From assembly GCA_016793965.1 (NCBI GenBank), contig JAEULF010000187.1:1-41987 (forward strand): a DNA stretch of 41,987 bases, read 5' to 3'. Positions 26,434-35,148 of this stretch are shown here, in pieces. Below the pieces are notes generated by a model. It ran no database searches, was not told the DNA's origin, and was given only the letters and a program-made list of their open reading frames with translations. A program made the translations under genes and the position numbers. This DNA is from Alphaproteobacteria bacterium (GTDB lineage Bacteria > Pseudomonadota > Alphaproteobacteria > JAEULF01). Numbering within the stretch: the stretch's first letter is position 1; each line of letters opens with the position of its first letter.

Positions 26434-26571
26434 GATGCCGGATCCGAGGCAATGCAGTCCTGCAAGGAGCCAGGCGTCAACCGAGCCGAAGATGGCTATC
26501 GCGACCGGCGTGCTTGCGCTGAACATTGCCGCCGCGGCGAGAGCATTCAGTGCCCCGAACGACAGCTTCCC
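26434..26571 (-). pseudogene. N-terminal fragment of a DMT/EamA-family transporter gene
   Basis: The translated segment KLSFGALNALAAAAMFSASTPVAIAIFGSVDAWLLAGLHCLGSGI matches the first TM pair of EamA transporters. The frame then degenerates into non-protein-like sequence. Confidence 0.3.
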
Positions 26572-26711
26572 TTCCACCCGGCCCACCTCCCACCGACGCT
26601 CAACTGCGATCGAGCGCCATTGCGACGACGGGGGCAGCACGCAGCGCAACTCCAAGGCGAGTGGCATGTCCCAGCGCCTCGTCTGCCCAGGACGCAGCGC
26701 ATTCCTGCGCG

Positions 26712-27386
26712 TCAGCGGCGAAGCCACTCGCGCGCGCGCCGGCCACCTTCCTGCCGGCTCGACTGCGGCAAGCGCCCGTAGAGCGCCAGCAGATCCTGTT
26801 CGATGTCGCCGTCGTCGAGCGCCTCGGCGAGAAGCAGCCATTTGAGGGCCTCGATCAGGTCCTCGTCGGTCCGCGATTCCTCGGCGAGCAGCGAGCCGAT
26901 CGTGTGCATCGCTTCCGGCACGCCTTCCCGCGCGGCTTGGGTCAGCAGGACTACGGCCTTGTCGCGGTCGCGCGCGACTCCGAGCCCGTCGTCGTACATG
27001 GCCCCAAGGTTGAATGCCGCCGGCCCATGCCCGCGGTGCGCCGCCGCCTCAAACCATCGGGCAGCCTCCGCATAGTCCCGGTCGGCACCCGTGCCCTGAT
27101 AGTAGGCGACCGCCAGATCGTACATGGCAGGCAGGTATGACTGAGCCGCCGCCCGCTTGAGCCAGCGAACGCCTTCCTCCGGGTCGCTCTCGCGCGCGGA
27201 GCTTTCGACCAGCCGCATCCCGAACTTGTGCTGAGCGGCTGCGTCGCCGGCCTCCGCCGCTGCGCGCAGCGTCGCCATCTCTTCGGAGCTCGCCCGCTGC
27301 GGCACCAGATCGCCGGCGTGGACCGCGCCAAGCGATGCGGGTGCCACGACGAGAAAGGCAGTGATCGCGACCTGGGCAGGCGTCAT
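26712..27386 (-). CDS. Sel1-repeat (TPR-like) secreted protein
   Basis: 224 aa. Signal peptide, then repeated Sel1 units (AAAQHKFGMRL..., AMYDLAVAYYQGTGADRDYAEAARWFEAAA, AAFNLGAMYDDGLGVARDRDKAVVLLTQAA). Confidence 0.85.
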   Translation of the reverse strand: MTPAQVAITAFLVVAPASLGAVHAGDLVPQRASSEEMATLRAAAEAGDAAAQHKFGMRLVESSARESDPEEGVRWLKRAAAQSYLPAMYDLAVAYYQGTGADRDYAEAARWFEAAAHRGHGPAAFNLGAMYDDGLGVARDRDKAVVLLTQAAREGVPEAMHTIGSLLAEESRTDEDLIEALKWLLLAEALDDGDIEQDLLALYGRLPQSSRQEGGRRAREWLRR

Positions 27387-27851
27387 TTCCGCGCTCCCTT
27401 GCTCTAGTCCGGCCGCGCATCACCTGTTCGCGATACTAAGCGAAGTAGGATCGGCGCGGTAGGTGCGCGGGCGGCGGTAGCTCGCCAGCCCGAGGTCAAG
27501 GAATCGTATCATCCGCTTTGCACCTAGCGGTTCCCAATCGAACAGAGCCATTGCAACTGCCATCGGTCCCACGCCGACGCCGCCTCCCGTTCAGTCGGCT
27601 GCAAGATCTGGCCCCTTGGCCAATGATTGCCTCTCCATGATCAACCGGAAGCGTGCCCGCGCTGCCGTTCCTCCTGAGGAAATCACCCCAACCGGCGGAA
27701 GGAGCGCCATTGCCGGTGCGCGCGGGAGGAGGCCAGCCGCGGTCGGACGCAAGGCCAATCGCAGCCTCGGATCCGAGGCCGCGCAGGAGTGCAGTGCGCA
27801 CCACACCACGCTCAGGAGCAGCTTTGGAACGTCAGTCCTCTCGGTCGGCAG

Positions 27852-30800
27852 CTATCCGCCTCGCGGGCTTGCCAGCCGCGCATGCGACCGAGCCAGCTCC
27901 GCACCCTTGACCAGAGCGTAGATCGCCGGGATCACCGCAAGCGTCAGCAGGGTCGAGCTGACCATGCCGCCGATCATCGGCACGGCGATGCGCTGCATCA
28001 CCTCGGAGCCCGTGCCGGTGCTCCAGAGGATGGGCAGCAAGCCGGCCATGATGGCGGTGACCGTCATCATCTTCGGCCGCACGCGCTCGACCGCTCCCTC
28101 CATGATCGCGGCGTCGAGGTCGGCCTGGCCGGGCGCGTGGCCAGCCGCGGCGCAGCGCACCTGCGCGTCGCGCCAGGCGTGGTCGAGATAGACCAGCATG
28201 ACGACGCCGGTCTCGGCGGCGACGCCGGCCAGCGCGATGAAGCCGACTGCAACCGCCACGCTCATGTTGAACCCCAGCCAATCCATCAGCCAGAGGCCGC
28301 CGACCAAGGCGAAGGGCAGCGACAGCATGACGATCAGTGTCTCCGGCAAGCGGCGGAAATTGAGGTAGAGCAGCACGAGGACGATCAGCAGCGTGACGGG
28401 CACGACGACGGCGAGCCTCGCTTTGGCGCGCTCCAGGGATTCGAATTGCCCGGACCACTCGACATAGGTGCCGGACGGGAGCGCGACCTGCGCCGCGACG
28501 GCGCGCCGCGCCTCCTCGACGTAGCCGCCGAGGTCGCGGCCGCGCAAATCGACGAATATGTAGACGGCGAGCCGGGCGTTCTCCGTCCGGATCGTGGCCG
28601 GCCCCTGAGCCAGCCGCACGGACGCGAGCTGGCCCAGCGGGATCATGGCGCCGCCGGGCGCGTCGACGAGCACCTGCGTGGCGATCGCCTGCGGATCGGA
28701 GCGCAGGTCGCGCGGGTAGCGGACGTTGACCGTGAAGCGCTCGCGTCCTTCGACTGTGGTGGTGACGGCCTCGCCGCCGATGGCGCCGCGCACCGCCTCC
28801 TGGAAAGCCTCGATCGTGACGCCGAGGCGCGCCAAGGCCGGGCGATCCGGCTCGATGTCCAAGTAGTAGCCGCCGATCACGCGCTCGGCGAATGCGCTGG
28901 ATGTGCCTGGGACGGTCCGGACCGCGGCCTCCACTGCACGCGCCAGGCGCTCCATTTCCGCCAGGTCGCGGCCGTACAGCTTGATGCCGACCGGCGTGCG
29001 GATGCCGGTCGCCAGCATGTCGGTGCGCGCCTTGATCGGCATGGTCCAGGCGTTGCTGACGCCGGGAAGTCGCAGCGCAGCGTCCATCTCGCCGATCAGC
29101 GTGTCGATGGTCATGCCCCGGCGCCACTCGCCCGCAGGCTTCAGGTTGATTACGGTCTCGAACATCTCCGTCGGCGCGGGATCGGTCGCCGTGGCGGCGC
29201 GTCCGGCCTTGCCGTAGACCGAGGCGACTTCCGGGAACGACTTGATGATCTTGCCTTGAGTCTGCAGGAGCTCCGCCGCCTTGGTGACCGACAGCCCAGG
29301 CAGCGTCACTGGCATGTAGAGCAGGGTTCCCTCGTTCAGAGTCGGCATGAACTCCGTCCCGAGGCGCTGAAGCGGGACGAGCGCGCCCGCCAGCACTGCG
29401 ACCGCCAGGAGGATCGTCGCGATCTTGGCGCGCAGCACGAGAGTGATGACCGGGCGGTAGAGCCAGATGAGCGCACGGTTCAAGGGATTGCGCCGCTCCG
29501 GCAGGATGCGTCCGCGCACGAGCAGCAGCATGAGCACCGGCACGAGCGTGACCGAGAGCAGCGCGGCGCCTGCCATGGCGAAGCTCTTGGTGAAGGCCAG
29601 CGGCTTGAACATCCGGCCTTCCTGCGACTCCAGGGCGAAGATCGGCAGGAACGATACCGTGATGATCAGCAGGCTGAAGAACAGCGCCGGACCGACCTCG
29701 CAGGCCGCCTTGACCAGGACCTTGGCCCGCGGCTCGCCCGGCGCCGCGCGCTCCAGCCGCTTGTGCGCGTTCTCGACCATGACGATCGCGGCGTCGACCA
29801 TGGCGCCCATGGCGATGGCGATGCCGCCGAGGCTCATGATGTTGGACGACATGCCGAGCGCGTCCATCAGCAGGATCGCGCCGAGGACGCCCACCGGCAG
29901 CATCAGGATCGCAACCAGCGCGCTGCGCAGGTGAAGCAGGAAGACGACGCAGACGAGCGCCACGACCAGGCTCTCTTCGACCAGCGTCGCCGCCAGCGTG
30001 GCGACGGCGCGGCCGATCAGCTCCGACCGGTCGTAGACCGCCTCGATCGCGACGCCCTCGGGCAGGCTCGAGGCGATCTCCGCCAGGCGCGCGCGCGCGC
30101 CCTTGATGACATCGAGCGCGTTCTGTCCGAAGCGCTGCAGGACGATGCCGCCGGCCGCCTCGCCCTCGCCGTTCAGCTCAGCGATGCCGCGCCGCTCGTC
30201 CGGCCCGACCTCGACCCGCGCCACGTCGCGCAGCAGCACCGGCGCGCCGCGCTCCGCCTTGAGCACAATCTGCTCGATGTCGGCGATGCCGCGCAGATAG
30301 CCGCGGCCGCGCACGACGAACTCGGTCTCCGCCAGCTCGACGACACGCCCGCCGACGTCCGTGTTGCTAGCACGGATCGCCTGCGTCACGCGGCCGAACG
30401 GGATGCCGTAGGCCTGCAGCCGGCGCGGATCGACCACCACCTGGTACTGCTTGACGAAGCCGCCGATGCTGGCGACCTCGGCGACGCCCTCGGACTTGGC
30501 CAGCGCATAGCGGACGTGCCAATCCTGGATCGTGCGCAGCTCCGCCAGCGACCGCTGCGCGCCGGTCACGACGTACTGGTACACCCAGCCGACGCCGGTG
30601 GCGTCGGGGCCGAGCGCCGGCACGGCCCCCGCCGGCAAGCGGCGCGCGGCGACGTTCAGGTACTCCAGCACGCGCGAGCGCGCCCAGTAGATGTCGGTGC
30701 CGTCGGCGAAGATGACGTAGACGAAGCTGACGCCGAAGAATGAGAAGCCGCGCACGACCTTCGACTTCGGCACGGAGAGCAAGGCCGTCGCCAGCGGGTA

Positions 30801-30998
30801 GGTGACTTGGTCCTCGACCACCTGCGGCGCCTGGCCCGGGAACTCCGTGTAGACGATCACCTGGACGTCGGAGAGGTCGGGGATGGCGTCGAGCGGTATG
30901 CGGGTCACGGCGAGAGCGCCGGCACCGACGACGAAGGCGGTCGCCAGCAGGACGAGGAAGCGGTTGGCAGCCGACCAGCGGATCAGGGCGGCGATCAT
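27852..30998 (-). CDS. cusA: CusA/CzcA-family heavy-metal efflux RND transporter
   Basis: 1048 aa with 12-TM RND architecture and an HME-RND type N-terminus (MIAALIRWSAANRFLVLLATAFV...). Its start overlaps the adaptor gene stop. Confidence 0.93.
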   Translation of the reverse strand: MIAALIRWSAANRFLVLLATAFVVGAGALAVTRIPLDAIPDLSDVQVIVYTEFPGQAPQVVEDQVTYPLATALLSVPKSKVVRGFSFFGVSFVYVIFADGTDIYWARSRVLEYLNVAARRLPAGAVPALGPDATGVGWVYQYVVTGAQRSLAELRTIQDWHVRYALAKSEGVAEVASIGGFVKQYQVVVDPRRLQAYGIPFGRVTQAIRASNTDVGGRVVELAETEFVVRGRGYLRGIADIEQIVLKAERGAPVLLRDVARVEVGPDERRGIAELNGEGEAAGGIVLQRFGQNALDVIKGARARLAEIASSLPEGVAIEAVYDRSELIGRAVATLAATLVEESLVVALVCVVFLLHLRSALVAILMLPVGVLGAILLMDALGMSSNIMSLGGIAIAMGAMVDAAIVMVENAHKRLERAAPGEPRAKVLVKAACEVGPALFFSLLIITVSFLPIFALESQEGRMFKPLAFTKSFAMAGAALLSVTLVPVLMLLLVRGRILPERRNPLNRALIWLYRPVITLVLRAKIATILLAVAVLAGALVPLQRLGTEFMPTLNEGTLLYMPVTLPGLSVTKAAELLQTQGKIIKSFPEVASVYGKAGRAATATDPAPTEMFETVINLKPAGEWRRGMTIDTLIGEMDAALRLPGVSNAWTMPIKARTDMLATGIRTPVGIKLYGRDLAEMERLARAVEAAVRTVPGTSSAFAERVIGGYYLDIEPDRPALARLGVTIEAFQEAVRGAIGGEAVTTTVEGRERFTVNVRYPRDLRSDPQAIATQVLVDAPGGAMIPLGQLASVRLAQGPATIRTENARLAVYIFVDLRGRDLGGYVEEARRAVAAQVALPSGTYVEWSGQFESLERAKARLAVVVPVTLLIVLVLLYLNFRRLPETLIVMLSLPFALVGGLWLMDWLGFNMSVAVAVGFIALAGVAAETGVVMLVYLDHAWRDAQVRCAAAGHAPGQADLDAAIMEGAVERVRPKMMTVTAIMAGLLPILWSTGTGSEVMQRIAVPMIGGMVSSTLLTLAVIPAIYALVKGAELARSHARLASPRGG

Positions 30999-32458
30999 GG
31001 GCGCCGCTCCGCTCGCGCTGGGTCGTGCCCGGCCTTGTCCTGCGGCGCGCCGGCGACGAAGCTGCCGAGCGCTGCTTTCAGGTTGCTCTCGGCGTCGATA
31101 AGGAAGGTGGCGCTGACGACGACGCTCTCGCCCTCGGCGACGCCGTCCAGGATCTCGACATGCTCGGCCGAACGCGCGCCGAGCGCGACCGCACGCGGCT
31201 CGAAGCGTCCCTCGCCGCGCTCGACCAGGACGGCCTGGCGCGTGCCGCTGTCGAGCACGGCCGACACCGGCACGGTCACGCCGCCCTTGCCGACAGGCGC
31301 GGACAGGGCGACGGTCGCGAACATGTCGAGCTTCAGCTGGCCTTCAGGATTCGCGACCTCGATGCGCAGCCGCCCGGTGCGCGTGGCCGGGTCGATGTCG
31401 GGATAGACGAAGCCGACGCGCCCGTCGAAAGTCCGGCCCGGATAGGCGGCGACCTGCACCTGCGCGCTTTGGCCCGCGGCCACGATGCCTAGGTCCTGCT
31501 CGAAGACGTCGGCGACGACCCAGACATGAGCGAGGTCGACGATGCGATAGAGCGGTTCGCCCGGGGCAAAGCGCATGCCGAGCACCGCCATCTTCTCGAT
31601 CACCGTGCCCTCGCGCAGCGCCCGCAACACGACGACGCCGGCCGCCGCGTCGTCGCGCAGCACCTCGCGCGCCTGCTCGTCCGAAAGGCCGAGCAACTTG
31701 AGGCGCGCGATCGCGCTGGCGGCGGCGCCGGGCGTCTGCGCGGCGGCGCCGCTGCGGCTGGCGAGGCCGAGTTGGGCGAGCGCCCTGGTCACGTCCGGGC
31801 TGTAGACCTCCATCAGGGTCTCGCCGCGCCGGACCGCCTGCCCGGTCGTGCCGACCGCCAGGCGCTCGATCCAGCCCTCGAAGCGCGTGGTGACGACCAG
31901 CTCGCGGCGCTCGTCGATCCGCACTGTCCCTGTCGCCCGGATCGTCCGCGCGAGCGCGCGCCGCGCCGCCGTCTCGGTGCGCACGCCCAGGCGCTGCACC
32001 TTGTCCAAGCTGACCCTGACCTCCCCGGCGCCCTCCGGCTCGTCGCCTTCGTACACGGCGATATAGTCCATCCCCATCCAGTCCTTCTTCGGGACCGGTG
32101 ACGTGTCCGGCAGGCCCATCGGGTTGCGGTAGTAGAGGATGCGACGCTGCCCGGCCCCGCTTCCTGATGCCGCTGCCTGGCGCGTCTTTGCGTCGGCGGC
32201 ACCCGTGCTCGCCTCTTCGCTCTCGTGGACCGGAATGTAAGGACGACCATCCTCCGCACGCGCTGGATCGGCGGCGTAGAGAGGCAAGCCGTCGGGATGC
32301 CGGTAGTAGATGATCGGCCCAGCGGGCACCGCCGCAGGCGCGGAGGGCCCCATGGTCGCGCGCGGCGGTTGGCCAGCGCCGGAGCGTCCGAGGAGATAGC
32401 CTCCGCCGGCAGCGGCCAGCAACGCGGCCGGGACCAGCCACCAGGCCAGCCGGCTCAT
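30995..32458 (-). CDS. cusB: CusB-like periplasmic adaptor (membrane fusion protein)
   Basis: Internal ATG at 32458 (MSRLAWWLVPAALL). N-terminal metal-binding-type motifs YYRHPDGLP and YYRNPMGLPDTSPVPKKDWMGMDY. HlyD/beta-barrel segments follow. Confidence 0.88.
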   Translation of the reverse strand: MSRLAWWLVPAALLAAAGGGYLLGRSGAGQPPRATMGPSAPAAVPAGPIIYYRHPDGLPLYAADPARAEDGRPYIPVHESEEASTGAADAKTRQAAASGSGAGQRRILYYRNPMGLPDTSPVPKKDWMGMDYIAVYEGDEPEGAGEVRVSLDKVQRLGVRTETAARRALARTIRATGTVRIDERRELVVTTRFEGWIERLAVGTTGQAVRRGETLMEVYSPDVTRALAQLGLASRSGAAAQTPGAAASAIARLKLLGLSDEQAREVLRDDAAAGVVVLRALREGTVIEKMAVLGMRFAPGEPLYRIVDLAHVWVVADVFEQDLGIVAAGQSAQVQVAAYPGRTFDGRVGFVYPDIDPATRTGRLRIEVANPEGQLKLDMFATVALSAPVGKGGVTVPVSAVLDSGTRQAVLVERGEGRFEPRAVALGARSAEHVEILDGVAEGESVVVSATFLIDAESNLKAALGSFVAGAPQDKAGHDPARAERRP

Positions 32459-32862
32459 TGCTGGCCCCTGAAGACGATCTCGCTCCGGACCGTCCCGGTC
32501 TCGCCTTGCACCTTGGCGCCGAGCGAAAGCCGCCATTTGCCGTCCATCGTCAGCTTGGCCTTGAAGCGGTAGGTGCCAGGCTCGCTCGACGGGAGCTGCT
32601 CCACCGGCACCGTCATGGCCGCCATGTCGTCCGGCGCCATGTCCAGGCGCCTGGCGAAGATCACGGCGTCGGGCACAGGCGAGCCATCTGCCTTGCGCAC
32701 GAGTTGCACGACCAGGACGATGCCGCCGCCGGCTGGGCTTTCGCTGCCGACCAGCTTGAACTCGAAGTCCTTGATGTCAGCGCCGGCCGGTCGAAGGCAT
32801 GTCGCGGACAGCAAGATGACGAAGGCCGCACCGATGGCGGCCGCGAACTTGTTCACCGACAT
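32455..32862 (-). CDS. FixH/YtkA-like periplasmic protein
   Basis: 135 aa. Signal anchor, then a beta-rich domain ending in GTYRFKAKLTMDGKWRLSLGAKVQGE. Its stop overlaps the cusB start. Confidence 0.6.
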   Translation of the reverse strand: MSVNKFAAAIGAAFVILLSATCLRPAGADIKDFEFKLVGSESPAGGGIVLVVQLVRKADGSPVPDAVIFARRLDMAPDDMAAMTVPVEQLPSSEPGTYRFKAKLTMDGKWRLSLGAKVQGETGTVRSEIVFRGQQ

Positions 32863-33016
32863 AACTGCTGCTCCTAGAATCCCGGGCGCGTCGCCATGCT
32901 TCCGATGTGCGACGGCAGGAGAGAGCTGCGCCCGGCTTGCGGGCGCCGCACGATCTCAAGCTGCATGGCGTGCGATGTCACGCCGATGCATGCCGGCGAA
33001 GTCCGCCGGACGCGGC

Positions 33017-33367
33017 TTAGGCTCGCGGAGGTCGAGGCGGCGGCGCTGGCCCGAGGCCGCCGTCGAGCTTGTCCGATGCCAATCGGACAAGCCCCGCGGG
33101 CGTCGTCGGCCCATGCAACGAGGCAACGTCAGACCGGGCAGCATCAGCGCATTTGACGAAGCAGATCGCCTTGAAGGCGCAGGACTGCTTGCACGGCGCT
33201 TTCTGCTCGTCGGCGCAGCACTCCATCCCCTGCACAGTGTTGCCAGCACAGGGCGCCGGCAGCGTTGACGGCGCCGTTCTCGCACCCGCATACGGGGCGA
33301 GGCAGAGCGCAGCGACCACGCAGCATGCAAGCAGGCGGGAACGGGTCATCTGTCGCAGCATCGTCAT
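33017..33367 (-). CDS. Small secreted Cys-rich protein preceding the cus operon
   Basis: 116 aa. Signal peptide (LLACCVVAALCLAPYAGA) and a cluster of 8 Cys in about 40 aa (PCAGNTVQGMECCADEQKAPCKQSCAFKAICFVKC). No family was recognised. Confidence 0.5.
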   Translation of the reverse strand: MTMLRQMTRSRLLACCVVAALCLAPYAGARTAPSTLPAPCAGNTVQGMECCADEQKAPCKQSCAFKAICFVKCADAARSDVASLHGPTTPAGLVRLASDKLDGGLGPAPPPRPPRA

Positions 33368-33624
33368 TTCGTCGCATGATCCGGCGGGCGCCGCAAGCGC
33401 TGGGCATGCGCTGGAAGCCGGTGTCGCGGAGCGCAGCCGGCCTCGTCCTCTGCTTGGTCATCGTGCTCGGCGCTTGCACAGCGCTCGCCCTGGTCGCGCT
33501 GCCGGCCTTTCTGCTGCGCTGCGCGGTCGCTGGCGCCGGGAGGCCGGTTCAGGCGGCAAGCGCTGTCGACATCGCCGCGACGGGGGGGGCGCGGGCCTCG
33601 CCGGCGTCTGGCAGCATCGTCACC

Positions 33625-33842
33625 ATGCCGCTCCCGCTGCCGCTTGGCGCCCTGCAAGCCCTCGGCGCCGCCTTGGCCTTCGGGCTGAGCACGCCGGTCG
33701 CCACGTCCACGACGAGCACCACGCTCACGCGCACGGCGCTGAGAATCCTCCCGGCGAGCCGCACGCGCATTGGCACGAGCACGGGCGCCACCTGCATCGG
33801 CACCAGCACTTCCCCGACCTGCATCACCGCCACGGGCACTGA
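33625..33842 (+). pseudogene. Rearranged DMT/EamA transporter remnant with a His-rich tail
   Basis: One frame gives MPLPLPLGALQALGAALAFGLSTPVA (EamA N-terminus). A second frame continues HDEHHAHAHGAENPPGEPHAHWHEHGRHLHRHQHFPDLHHRHGH and stops at 33842. The two parts are out of frame, which implies an internal deletion. Confidence 0.3.
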
Positions 33843-33865
33843 CGCGCCGGCCCGGGGGCCGGACG

Positions 33866-34123
33866 TCAGAGGAACTTCGCGATCTCATCGTTCAAGAGCC
33901 GCGCGCAAACTTCGGCCGGAGGCAGCCCCTCCGCGAGCAGGACCGACCGGGACAGGCCATGCACTTCCTGCTCAGATGGATCCCAATCGACCCATTCCGG
34001 CTCCGGGCAGACCAGTCAGCTTTGCGGGCCGGACCGCCCGACGACAGCCCGTCCGGCCTCGATCAAGTAGCCGCAGTCAGGCTCCAGGCTCGATGCCTCG
34101 ATGTCAACGCTGGCGGTGCTCAT
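33866..34123 (-). pseudogene. Truncated, frameshifted paralogue of the DEDDh exonuclease gene at 1591-2106
   Basis: MSTASVDIEASSLEPDCGYLIEAG..stop, then in another frame LVCPEPEWVDWDPSEQEVHGLSRSVLLAEGLPPAEVCARLL. This is colinear with residues 1-85 of the intact copy (IDIEASSL...LVCPEPEWIDWDPASQEVH...LPPREVCARLL). The Exo II/III half is missing. Confidence 0.7.
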
Positions 34124-34233
34124 GGTGACTTCTGGGCGGCGCTTGATCATGGAGATGTAAGAATGCTCACTTCGCGGCGCGACCGCGAAGCGCGCGGCGA
34201 GAAGTCGGGCCTCCGGCACGGTTCCCGGCATCC

Positions 34234-35148
34234 CTATCCGATTCCAGCACGACGTCGGCTCGGTGGCGTCCATGGAACATACCTCGCGTACTCTTCGCTG
34301 AGCTTGGCGACCCCCTCGATGCGGGCGCGATACGCGATCGCGCGCAGGCGCTTGACCACTTCGCCGGTCAGCCCTTCCGTCTCGGCATGCAGCCGCTGGA
34401 TGAAGTTCGGACTCTCGAAGAGCTCGCTGTCCTCCGGGAACCACGTCATCCAGACGCACCCGGCGAACCGAGCGAAGCTCTCGTTCGGCTCCCAGAGCGG
34501 CATCTCGAGGACGTCGAAGCGGTTGCCGAGCTGTTGGTCGGTCTGGAGGGCCCGCGTCGCCTCGCGCAGGCCGAAGACGACGACCGGTATCTGGGTCTCG
34601 TTGATCAGGTCCTTGAGGACTCCGAGGAAAGCGGTCTGAGCGCCGGCCGAGCCGGTCAGCATTTGGTGGAACTCGTCGATCAGGATGAGCCTGGTGCCGG
34701 TTCGGCGGAGGAGGTGCACGAGCTGGTTCTGGAGCGCGGTTGCGTCACGCGAGCTCACCGGCTGCGCACCAAGCTCCTCGATCATTCGGAGCAGCATCAG
34801 CCGGCGATCCGAGCCCGGAGGAGCGAAGAACCTGATGACCGGTATGACCGCCATCTCGCCGTCGCCTGGGCCGACGCTCGCTTCCTGCACGGCCTTGAAG
34901 CGCATAGCGATCTGCGTCTTGCCGTGGTTGGTCGGCGCCTCGATCATGAGGCAGGCAGGCCGGGAGACGATCGGGCTGTTCGCCAGCCGTCGCATGCGTG
35001 CAAAGGCTCGCTCCGCGGCGCTGTACGGCACCCAGAACTCCGCATCGATCGATGGATCGAAGATGCCTGCGCCCGGCGTCAGCGGCAGCTCCAGAGACGG
35101 AGGTGGCATCGTGGTTGATTGCTTGGCCGCCCTGATGCGATCAGCCAT
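34234..35148 (-). CDS. tnsC: TnsC/TniB-like AAA+ ATPase (short form)
   Basis: Internal ATG at 35148 shares one base with the tnsB stop (TGATG) and gives 304 aa. Walker A-like EAPTNHGKT and Walker B LILIDEFH. Confidence 0.85.
   Translation of the reverse strand: MADRIRAAKQSTTMPPPSLELPLTPGAGIFDPSIDAEFWVPYSAAERAFARMRRLANSPIVSRPACLMIEAPTNHGKTQIAMRFKAVQEASVGPGDGEMAVIPVIRFFAPPGSDRRLMLLRMIEELGAQPVSSRDATALQNQLVHLLRRTGTRLILIDEFHQMLTGSAGAQTAFLGVLKDLINETQIPVVVFGLREATRALQTDQQLGNRFDVLEMPLWEPNESFARFAGCVWMTWFPEDSELFESPNFIQRLHAETEGLTGEVVKRLRAIAYRARIEGVAKLSEEYARYVPWTPPSRRRAGIG

Noticed and set aside
27387-27851. ORFs in the 465-bp gap between the Sel1 gene and the end of cusA (27496..27804 -, 27616..27921 +, 27653..27910 +).
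   Set aside because: They are mutually overlapping with poor composition and no SD sequences or motifs. The gap is treated as intergenic, possibly another module junction.
27789-30743. A 984-aa plus-strand ORF and a 431-aa minus-strand alternative frame across cusA.
   Set aside because: This is an antisense or off-frame artefact of GC-rich coding DNA. The translations have extreme Arg/Asp/His/Gln content and no TM segments or motifs. The 1048-aa minus frame is a clear RND pump.
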